64,000 nt of DNA from a virus. This document shows positions 19,301 to 28,400 of this stretch, in pieces. The stretch lies in IMG/VR virus record IMGVR_UViG_3300009193_000002; one strand, written 5' to 3'. The position numbers and the translations under genes were made by a program. Position 1 is the stretch's first letter. Each line of letters starts with the position of its first letter. Below the pieces are notes generated by a model that was given only the letters and a program-made list of their open reading frames with translations, ran no database searches and was not told the DNA's origin.

Positions 19301-19414
19301 TGTAAATGTTGCATCAATCCTTATATCAAACTCTATTGCCCAAACATTGCTAGTCCAAGCTAGTGATGGGAATGTAACTAGCTGGTCAGGTTGACGCAGT
19401 AAATAATAAGCCAC
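16367..19414 (-). CDS. tail fibre / receptor-binding protein with LamG-like N-terminal half and degenerate-repeat C-terminal half
   Basis: 1015 aa. The N-terminal beta-rich regions look like concanavalin/LamG lectin folds. The C-terminal ~480 aa are S/T/Q/E/V/L-rich degenerate repeats. Confidence 0.6.
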   Translation of the reverse strand: MAYYLLRQPDQLVTFPSLAWTSNVWAIEFDIRIDATFTTGEYLISSSSGDVSTQITFQNGGNTLRLRAVGTALTNYDFNVTTIDLSIRHKFKIESDGSDLSLIVDGIPLETKAGDAIQPPNALVGLFSTFRDRPDANLELYGISFSGGFASQRNYNPSSSSGTGSVLPDALNASNDGTLVNFDPLTAWVEYFTAIDPTFWQKKVEIKTKNTIPSIADPFVSLVTEANLPAEIWDIAESGGGDIRVCLNEDGTGRLPLEIVNFDTVNQKAVMWSRSPNINPAQGLWLFYGKAGETQPAVTDVNGRNAVNVDYASAWHLNTLSDSAGNANDLTVVGSPSLIEGIVGKSYKFASSSDYLHTDYVGVVAGTFNMSFWYQRDGSTDLPLNEAVLGIANSGNAFDNYAIVLNRVGADFKVALFARNSNTAVIDVVSIPNLPSSALVYISVNQDINGSTVTAIHNGVTYSGTSALKLQGSGFNKLSFNRLMDSSPISGGNVIIDEPRLTNNNISRPTAYIETEYANQSDPATFWETGVPQSTVSGPANVVIDFEIATSEVKTTYTSVAAAVALALNAKISEVKNEAQTLSLSGAIDLDLSASEVIISAAAFSVGLNFSINTTPTEQVTGVQALTLASQIATVSSESEIIFQTTSLTLGNQIVTQSSEAEVLIEYQGIVLDSELDLAISAAEVLIEAQDVQVSSRQLFNSVDVETVIEVPSFQITSNQFFNSSTVQTLFEIGQVSLTQDATFSTLPSEIIVGTQAATLQNIILVDVPSLQIRTETQSLDLSQSLSLTTSPLEILNEAITGNLDGVDKFIASVVEQLNETQTATANSDLHFFVVNAEQLTESDVLSALTVQELGGVETEQHCNYTVLDLLDQANVIVVRVEQNTDVESLIVDQTINLETPQSEIEVQVELVELNQLINFATTSTEQLTELTGLTLLGDSELSSNPTETNTAVNSVYVSSLLNFTGAMTEQLSTVDIISIVIRNLNIDPENIIPLGSNVRFKLTETTEQFRLTMR

Positions 19415-19416
19415 AG

Positions 19417-20043
19417 TTAAGCAACCACACCATAAGCATCATCCACAAACAAATCTTGACCGCGATACTCATTAGGAATAGTGAACGAGTAGAAACCAAC
19501 AGCGGCAACATTGTAGAAATATCCAATGCGTGTGCCGTTAGCAATCGTTACTCTCGGTGCGTGGTTGTCACAGCTTGTTGATACTTCCATCACTGCGCAA
19601 TCACCGTTCGCTGTTTGTCTCAACGGCACTTTGGTTATCGTGTTCTTAGCGACCTTAAAATCATACTCAGTCTTGTTCTTGAATGGGAATGTGACCGTTT
19701 CAGCTTTAGAATAGAAGCCATCCATCTGTGCTTGAGTCAATACACCGAAGGCAACTAGTATTGAGCTTGAGCCGCGATTAACTGCACCGTCCTCAGTGTT
19801 TGGGTCAGTAGCAAACTGACCGCCATTGAGAGTACGAATAACAGTACGGCATAATGCACCGACTGTTGTAGGATCACCCGCTGTCACTTCTACTTGTTGA
19901 AGATTCTCAGTGTTTGCTTCAATGCTATCTAACGCACTGGTCTTGGCTAAAATCTGACTCGCTTCATTACCGCCAATTTTACGGTAAGTAGTTTCAAAGT
20001 GAGCCTGTGCATCTGCTAGTGTAGCGAAATCTTGTAAGTTCAT
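19417..20043 (-). CDS. hypothetical protein (tail-fibre cluster)
   Basis: Position only. Confidence 0.45.
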   Translation of the reverse strand: MNLQDFATLADAQAHFETTYRKIGGNEASQILAKTSALDSIEANTENLQQVEVTAGDPTTVGALCRTVIRTLNGGQFATDPNTEDGAVNRGSSSILVAFGVLTQAQMDGFYSKAETVTFPFKNKTEYDFKVAKNTITKVPLRQTANGDCAVMEVSTSCDNHAPRVTIANGTRIGYFYNVAAVGFYSFTIPNEYRGQDLFVDDAYGVVA

Positions 20044-20047
20044 TTTA

Positions 20048-20332
20048 TCAATCTCTTTGTTTTAAAGTGTGGTGTTTAACTTCCCCGCCCTTTTCTCGTT
20101 CAAAAGAGACAGAAGAAAATCCTTCAGCTAACAAACCTTGTTCAACGTCAAAGAAGACGCCGACGCCTGAGGTGTCAAAGGTTGCCCCGAGGGTTACATG
20201 TGCGTGCGTACCATCCACACTCAACGAGCATTGGAACAATCTATGTTCTTTATCGCCGGTAAAAAGTCTTAGCTCGGCGTTTGTATAAAGTATCTCACAC
20301 AGATTGCCGCGTTTGGTTATGTGAGTACCCAT
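20048..20332 (-). CDS. hypothetical protein
   Basis: Position only. Confidence 0.35.
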   Translation of the reverse strand: MGTHITKRGNLCEILYTNAELRLFTGDKEHRLFQCSLSVDGTHAHVTLGATFDTSGVGVFFDVEQGLLAEGFSSVSFEREKGGEVKHHTLKQRD

Positions 20333-20793
20333 AAAATCTCCGTAAGCAATAAATAAATTGCCGCATATTTAGCTATATTAACGGACATAAATATAAAAAA
20401 GCCAATAACCATCCTCAAAGGATTAAAGATATGCCGGTCATTTGGCTCGATAGCCCCTACGCAGTGGTTCGCTTGTTTGAAAAGTTTCCAGAAAAACCAA
20501 TCTACAATCTCAGCCACGATGGTTCCAACCTCACTCCCTTTTAGCTTTAACTCCCCCAGCTCACTGGAAATAGTTGTTCTAAAATACCCGCCACAGTCGA
20601 CGTTGACGTTGACGTCTTGGGCTAATAATTTACTGTGAAGCCAACCGGTTTCTGGGTCTCGAGTTTTTCTTTCCTTCGCATCTGAGATGTCGAATAGCAC
20701 ACAAAAAATCATAGAGACCCATTCATTAAAAATACGAGTCCCCCACATCAGAATTAACATTATTACGACTAAATACGCTTTTAAATACTTCAT
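20317..20793 (-). CDS. integral membrane protein within the tail-fibre cluster
   Basis: Hydrophobic segments AYLVVIMLILMW, WVSMIFCVLF and MVIGFFIFMSV..AAIYLLLTEILWVL. Confidence 0.45.
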   Translation of the reverse strand: MKYLKAYLVVIMLILMWGTRIFNEWVSMIFCVLFDISDAKERKTRDPETGWLHSKLLAQDVNVNVDCGGYFRTTISSELGELKLKGSEVGTIVAEIVDWFFWKLFKQANHCVGAIEPNDRHIFNPLRMVIGFFIFMSVNIAKYAAIYLLLTEILWVLT

Positions 20794-20811
20794 AAGGGGA
20801 CTCCTAATTTA

Positions 20812-21177
20812 TTAAGCTAAGATGACTGTTTGTAGATAGTGCAAGCACTGTTCTTCAAGAGACATACCTTCATACTCAACACCTTCAACGACAAAATTAA
20901 AGCTCATCGTCGGGGGGGCTGTGCCATCATTCATATTTGCTAGAATGTAAGGGCTCTTACCTTCCAAACGTTTTGCTTCATCTGCCCAATAATAAAATTG
21001 AACGTTGACGTTAACTTGGCTGAAAACATTTTGATTCATGCTCTCCATGTCTGCCATGTTACGGTTTAAATCCACGTTTTCAGTTGTGTTACGTGACGCA
21101 TAAGAAACGCCAAACGTTGCAGCGGCAAACTCCATGCCTTGTGGGTCTGTGAACGGTATATTTTTTAATAAAGCCAT
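20812..21177 (-). CDS. hypothetical protein
   Basis: Position only. Confidence 0.45.
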   Translation of the reverse strand: MALLKNIPFTDPQGMEFAAATFGVSYASRNTTENVDLNRNMADMESMNQNVFSQVNVNVQFYYWADEAKRLEGKSPYILANMNDGTAPPTMSFNFVVEGVEYEGMSLEEQCLHYLQTVILA

Positions 21178-21207
21178 GTGTATCTCCAGATTGTGGTTAG
21201 TTGTAAA

Positions 21208-22461
21208 TTAATTAGCTTGTTCCAATGCGCCTTCAAATTGCAGGGCGTATTCAAATTCAGCGGTTAAAACAGGGTAAGGACTGATTAAAGAGCGCATGTA
21301 CATCGTGATTTTTCCCGTAAAATAGCGGTACTTATCCGGTGGTGCCGACGCTGTGATTGAGACTCTAAAGTTACTTGAGCTATAAGAGCCTGTTGATGGG
21401 CCACTACTACTAAAAGTAACTGGCTCATTAAATAGGTTTATGTCTGGGGTATGCGTGAACTTATATTCAACGTTGTATTTAGTCAGAGGACTGTAGCCCA
21501 GAAGCCAATCTGTTTCTGCCGACCAGTTCAAACTCAAATTGCGCGTTCCTACACTGGTGCTAACACTCTGAAACTTATTTTGAGGGTAAGATTCAAATGT
21601 AAATAGCGTTGCTGTGCCGGTTAAAAACTGCCCCAATTTTAAATCGTTGTTCTGATTCATATCCGCAACTTGCGAATTCTCAGGGATATTAGGAACGTGA
21701 TCGCCGCCACGCCTAAAGTGTGACATGACACGATCTGTTTCTGGTGCTGTGATAGGTGCGGCAAAATGCTGAGTCACATCTTTCAAACTGACAGGTGGTT
21801 GAGTTTTAGGAAAATACAAACGCATACCATCGGCAGGGTTGTTCTTTGTTATCAGGTTGTTGGTATCGTTAACACCCCCAATGCTCATGCTTAACGGTAG
21901 TGTTTCAGCAAAACCTGACGGAGCAGTAGCTCTAACCTGAATTTGCTGATTAGGTAACACTGACGAGTTTGTTAGCCAACTTCCAGTACCGCTTTTCTGA
22001 AACTCACAATTGTTAGAAGTGATACCTACCGATTGTGATATTCCTCTCACAACAAACGCTGCAAAATAGACAGTTGAACTAGGCTCCACTGACCTCGCAG
22101 GTTGCCCCATATCGTAAGCGTCTGGGGTTAGGTCGATGCTTGACACAACTTCAAAATAGAAAGCGAACGATTGACCTGCTAAAAATATCGTAGCGTTGTT
22201 TGTGCCACTGGTAGCTCCTGAATTAACCGTCAACGTGCCAAAGCTGTTTGCAGCGGCTAACAGATTATTTGTGTTAAATCTGGCTGTACCCTGCCCACTG
22301 ATAGTCGCATTGCTGCTATATTGGTTAGTGAACTTAACCGTATCGTTAGGGGCTACTACGAGGCGATCATTCGAAGATAATCCTCCATCTGGGCTTTGAA
22401 CAAACAATTGAGGGCCGCCGCCAAAATCTACAGCATCGATTGTAACATTGTAATTAGCCAT
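21208..22461 (-). CDS. hypothetical virion-associated protein downstream of the J-like gene
   Basis: 417 aa, S/T/N-rich and beta-like. Overlaps the J-like stop. Confidence 0.45.
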   Translation of the reverse strand: MANYNVTIDAVDFGGGPQLFVQSPDGGLSSNDRLVVAPNDTVKFTNQYSSNATISGQGTARFNTNNLLAAANSFGTLTVNSGATSGTNNATIFLAGQSFAFYFEVVSSIDLTPDAYDMGQPARSVEPSSTVYFAAFVVRGISQSVGITSNNCEFQKSGTGSWLTNSSVLPNQQIQVRATAPSGFAETLPLSMSIGGVNDTNNLITKNNPADGMRLYFPKTQPPVSLKDVTQHFAAPITAPETDRVMSHFRRGGDHVPNIPENSQVADMNQNNDLKLGQFLTGTATLFTFESYPQNKFQSVSTSVGTRNLSLNWSAETDWLLGYSPLTKYNVEYKFTHTPDINLFNEPVTFSSSGPSTGSYSSSNFRVSITASAPPDKYRYFTGKITMYMRSLISPYPVLTAEFEYALQFEGALEQAN

Positions 22462-25400
22462 TTAATTTAGCCTCCAACATCTCAACACGCGCCATTAGCC
22501 TTTCAATAATTTCTTGCTGCTTTGCTATGGCTGCGTAAGCGTCTGGAAGCATACGAGTGTAGCTAAGACCGTCGACTTCACCGTCTTTGTATTTGACCGC
22601 TTCTTTGAAGTCTTCTTCGGCTTCATCAGCAATAAAGTGGAGCTTTAACGTATTGGTCTTATCATCTTTATAGCTACCAACAGCGACACCTTTTTTACCG
22701 AGTGCAACTACTCGCCTTAATGACTCATCTATACCAACACGATGGCTAATGTTTTTGTACTTTAATGCTGAGGTTTCGGTAACTTCTACACCATAAATGT
22801 CACCTAAAGCGGTGATGTCACCCGCCGTCCATATGTTTTGGCCTAAAGCAACTTTAGGTACACCATTTTCACACCAAACGAATTGATGACCGTTGGCTAA
22901 CGTTCCTTCTCCGTTACTAGGATGATAATAAGATGCGCCATACATGTTGCCAAAAGGAGAACCTATTCGTTCACCCGAAGAACCTGACGTTCTTACACCT
23001 CCGGCTGCATTTCTGTAATTGGTACCCATAGACCAAATGTGCTGAGTTTTAGCAGGGTCGTATGTTCCAAAAACACCACGATTACGGTATCCAGTTTCTA
23101 CAACAATGTCGTTTCTTAAATAAAGAAGTCCGTTGATATAGTCCGTCACATCAGACCGTAAGAAGCTGCCACTACCTAAACTGTCAAAAGTGCCCGCATT
23201 TATCCCTGCCGAGCCGTTCACATCTATGGTTTTAATTATCTCTAAAGCATTACCGTCATGTAGAAAGCGTTTCCAAGCTCTATAAGTACCCGAAGCTGAC
23301 CAACCTCGTGCATACCATTCGTCATGTATGAAACCGCCAGCAAGTTGAAAGCCGACATCGCTATTTCTAGCGACCATCATCGCTAAGTAGCTTTTACTTG
23401 AGGGGCCATTTGTAGGGAGGTTATTAAATCCATAAAACCCGCTTTCTCTATAAGCCGCAGCATTACAATCAGCAACTACTCGCCCAGAAGAAGCTGCCAA
23501 GTGGAAAACATTACCCGAAGTAATAGCATTGAGAGTCACATTAGATGTCAATGTTCCTCCACCAGATAAGCCCGTACCCGCATTTACGCTTCGGTTTACG
23601 TTATTAGCCGACCCCACCGTATCACCCGACATAACGGGGCTTAACCAAGGTTGCCAAACACCGTTATTTCTACCCCTAACCGCTATACGCCCTGTTCTGT
23701 AATCGCCTATTATTTGGTGTCTCCATAACGTACTGTAAGAATTGGCATACAATGCACCATCACTTAAACTAGTAGTGCCGACAATAGCCCCAGAAGGTAT
23801 ACCTTGCGTGTATCCAACCATACTTGATATAGTTTCTAACCCAAGACTTGCAGTTGATGCTCCTATGGTTAATACGGTTGGAGGTCTCGCATCAGTTAAG
23901 CGGGAATCAGACGTATAAACACCGTTAGTTACACTACCGGCATTACCAGATATAGAGCCTGCTATTGTGCTGCTAAAGGTTTTGACACCACTTATTGTCT
24001 GGTTTCCAGTAGTATAGACACCGCCACTGACAGACCCCGCATTCCCTGTGATATTTACTTGTGGATTGTGAGGGCTGTAAGGTGGGTAAATGGCCGTGTC
24101 TAAAGCAAGATTAGGTGTGGAATCGCTTTCGGAGATATCCCATCCCGTGTTCCAATCACCTGTGCGATAACCGCCAACAACGTCCATTACAGCAACGCCT
24201 CTGTAATTGCTACCAGCTAACCAAACGTAGGCTCTACCATCTGCATCTCTACCCATTCTCACAAACATCCCGTTTGCATTGGTGGAGCAGAGCATAGTTG
24301 CTTTAGGCGAGTACCAGTTATTGGGAGCATCGGAGTACAAATATCCGCTAAACACTACATCATAGTGTTGATAACCTTGATAAACACGAACTGTAAACGC
24401 CACCATTTTGCTTGAGTCAGTATTAAAAGGGAGGCGTATCTTTGTACCGACATTACCGCTTGCGCTTGTTAAATAATAAGCAGCGATAGGTGTACCATTT
24501 GCTTTATTACTTTTTAAGAAATCAGTCGAATCTAAGTTGTCTAATTTGGCAGCGTTACTCGCAGTAGAATTTATTCCTAAGTATCTAAGGCTTAATGCCT
24601 GATTGCCTTCGTAAAGAGTGTTGAAATAACCAGACAAGAAATTCCACGAAGCCGAACCTATATTACTAGCCCCTCCTGAATTACTTGGTAGCAATCCTGT
24701 GGAGGGGGTTCTTACCCATCCTGAGCCATTGCCTGCCTTGCTTTGTATTTGACGATAATCGGTAGTGTCGTCAAAGAGATCAGACGCTTGATATCCGTCT
24801 AGCAAGTCAGCATCTAAGCCTGAGCCTTCTCCATCGCTTCTATCTGTCCATACTTTCGCCCACGGTCTGAATGCAGCATTACTGGCTGTGCGGTGATAAA
24901 AATTGTCACCCGTAGTGTCAAACCATAGCTGACTGAAATAGTTACCCGAATGAGTGTGTAGAGAAATTAAACCATTAGCATTGTCAACCTGTGGTCCTCG
25001 ATTGCTCCAACTCCCTGTTGAGCCGACTGCTATCTTAGAACCGGCAGCAAAACTATTTACGTCAAGGTTTCCGGCAACAACTTCATCAAGATAGCTGTGG
25101 CTATGCGACTTGGCTGCAAGATAAAGCGACAAATCAATTTCGTTAGTTGTATTGTGGACATGCCCCTTGCCGTCCGTTGCGATATAGTTAACAACTTTCA
25201 GACTCGTGCCACCACCGCCTTTTATTCGAGTGACCGCTTGTGGGTCTGCGTGATTGAGATCGATAGTTTCATTGGCGATCTGATTTAGCGTGAAGTTGCC
25301 ACCTCCGCTTAAACCTGAGCCCATCTGCAACGTGATTTGAGCGTTGTTAGCTTCTGCTGAGCTAGTTGCTCCACCCGTAGCCTCTTCGCTTACTGAGAGC

Positions 25401-28400
25401 GTTCCAGTTACGGAATTGGTGTAGGCTGAGCCAACAGAAGAGACCACCAATTGATAGTCATATTCTTCCGCCGCTTGGTTCTCAATAACCGTTATCGTTT
25501 CTGTTTGTGATAGTGTGTTGTACTTCGTGCTTGAGGTGTACTCCAATATCATCGGTGTGGTTGTGTTTGGAACATCCACCCAACCAGACGCACTAGAGGA
25601 AAGCTTTCTTTGTATCTTTAAAGTGGCAGAACGATCAGCCAGTGAGGGCGCCGTAGCTCCAGCTCCACTGAAATATCTAACCGTGGCTGAAATCGTGGTC
25701 GGATTGTTGCCATGAACAAAGTTGCTAACTAGGGCTGTTGACCCGTTGTTCGGGTAAGTGAAGCTGATTGGTGAATCTAGCACACCGCCACTTGCCGCCA
25801 CTGGGACGCCTAACGTCGCACGCAGAAAGTCAACTACCCCTTGAGTTAGTGACTCAGCTTTAATGCTGCTAGGGTTGATTATGCCGCCGTCAAATATCCC
25901 GCTACCCTGCTTAACCGCGAAAATAATATTATTGTTCTGGGTGACTTGAATAGGGTAATCATCCACCGCACTGATTTGTACTGAGGTGTCACCTTTGGTG
26001 GCCGTCACACTCTCACTAACCGTTACCGCATTTGCAAACACCTTGTTGGCGATTGCATTCCCGTTGACCAGTAGATTGCTATCAATGAAAGCCCCCACCT
26101 CTTCCCACGTTCCTGTCCAAACTTTAGTTTCTGAATAATCAGAACCATTGCTTATCGTCACCCTGTCACCAATTTGTACTGGCGCGGGGACTGCTCCGTT
26201 GGCTTTAGTTTCATCCCAAGTAGGGCCATTCCCTGTGGTATAGTAATGACCAGCGCCTCGAACGCCATCGATGCCGACCATCTTTAAATAAGATAATCCG
26301 GTTGGCGGCGTCGCTGGCTTTGTCCCTGTCCACTCGTAAAAGTTGACATAGGTTCTTGACCCGCGAGTATAACTGGCGCTTGTCCCTGTCGAATTCGTGG
26401 CGTAAATAGGAACGACACCACTGGAGGTTCCATCGGTACCTTTAAATCTAGCGTAAGTAAGCCCAGCTGGAACGGTAGTAGGGGCTGTACCTGTCCATTC
26501 GTACAGATTAATAAATTCTCTTGTGCCTTCGGTAAAGCTGGCACTCGTTCCAGTGGCATTCGTCGCATAAATCGCTTTGACGCCCTTAGCGATTCCATCC
26601 GCCCCGCGACTGATCGTTGTCGAAGACCCGTCACTGAAATTAACAACGGTATCACCATTACCATCGATGCTGCTTCCAGAAACAGTAACTGAAGTTCCGT
26701 CATCTCCTTTAAGAACGCCAACTAAAGACCAAGACCCTGCGACTTTTTCATAATGCTTGCCCGAACCAGTAACTAAATAGTTGTCGCCGTTTTTCCCTAA
26801 GGAGGCTGAAGGAGGATCCTCAACACCGTTAAACCAGTTGTCCCCGTCTCCACCGCTAAGATTACCTTCTAACGTCCACTCAGCAGCCCCAGTTTTGGTG
26901 TAAACGTCTCCGCTGTCCAAATCTAAGTACTTGGTTCTTATCTTTCCTATGTTGTTGCTAGGAGCTCCTGAGCCGGTTAGCCAATCGACACCCTCCACCG
27001 CTGGTACCCAAGTGTAAATACTGGGGTCTCCCAATTCGGGCGTCTCGTTAGTGTGGCCAGAGGAAATACCAATGTACGTTCTGGCCCCTCGGGTTACGCT
27101 AATATCTGTCCCTGTGTCTGAATTGGCGTAAACTGTCCAATCATAAAGCGTCTGTTCATCCGCCACTACGGAGGTAGTTGCCCACTCTCCTAACCCTTCT
27201 GGTGACTTTTGACGGTACCAAATATATTGGGTTTGGCCTTTCTTAGTATTAGGTATGACCAACGTTGTGCCATCGGGCCCATCTTTTGCCAGTGACAAAT
27301 CATTTATCGTGCCATGCTTGAACTGGTAAGTATCAGAAGGTCTTTCAAGCACAAAAGGAGTTGTTCTAATCACACCATTATCAATGTCTACCTTTGGCGC
27401 TTGTCCGTTTGTAATCACATTGTTGTTATTGCGAAAAATAACGTAAGCCGTTCGACTGTAGTTTTGATTGATATCAAAACCTTGAACGCTTACTCGATAG
27501 CCTGAACCATCGGAAAAGGTAGGCAGCGAAAACGTATTCTCATAAAGTGTTCTTGTCGATAAGACGTTGTTTACATTCGTACCAAGGACATTAACGATAT
27601 ACCCATGGTGCGTGTCATCCCAATCAAACTTGTAGCGGTCTATGTCTGAATTTACCAAAGCCACACGAAGATTTAGAATATCCCCATTGGCCACGCCGAT
27701 TGGGTACGCTATCTCATCTTCTTCAAGAACAGGAAATCTGCCGCCAAACGCATCTCTTAAATGCCCGTAAACTGTTAAGCTCGTTGGAACATAGTCAACC
27801 TCGCCCATGAACTGCTTGAATTCACCGCTGCTGTAATTGAATCGACCGTCCTCGCTTTCTGCCTCAAGTATTAATCTGGGGGAAAGTGGGTCAGTGGTAT
27901 CAAAAACACGGATGTGGCCAACAAGCTGCGGGTCTTCTTTTAACAGATTAACAACGCGACTCGTTTCATAAGTGAAAGGCAAACTCAAAGACACACTGAA
28001 AACGTACTTGCTTAAGTTTCCTAAAGTAACAATGCTCAACCCAGCATCAATAAAGTCTTGTATCCCAATTCTTGAGACATACCATTCAATTCTGACAGGA
28101 GACGTCACGCTGTCGCCAGCTCGGGTTCTAACCAGAATAACAACCTGTCCTAAACCCACGTTGTCTATTTCAACGTAGTTAGTTGAGGTCAAAATCTTTT
28201 GGTTACCCGCGTTTTGTTCGTGACTCTGGATTTCAACTTCGTAGGTGGTTCCTAAGCGTTTTTGTGTCTGCTCATCCCAGCTAACAACTAAGTTGTATTT
28301 CACGCCCGTATCAGTTTCTAAGGCTTCTTGTTTACTAACCTGAAGGCCTGTGACTTTCTGCAGAATGCCCTCATTCAAAAACGAATACTGAGGTACCGGC

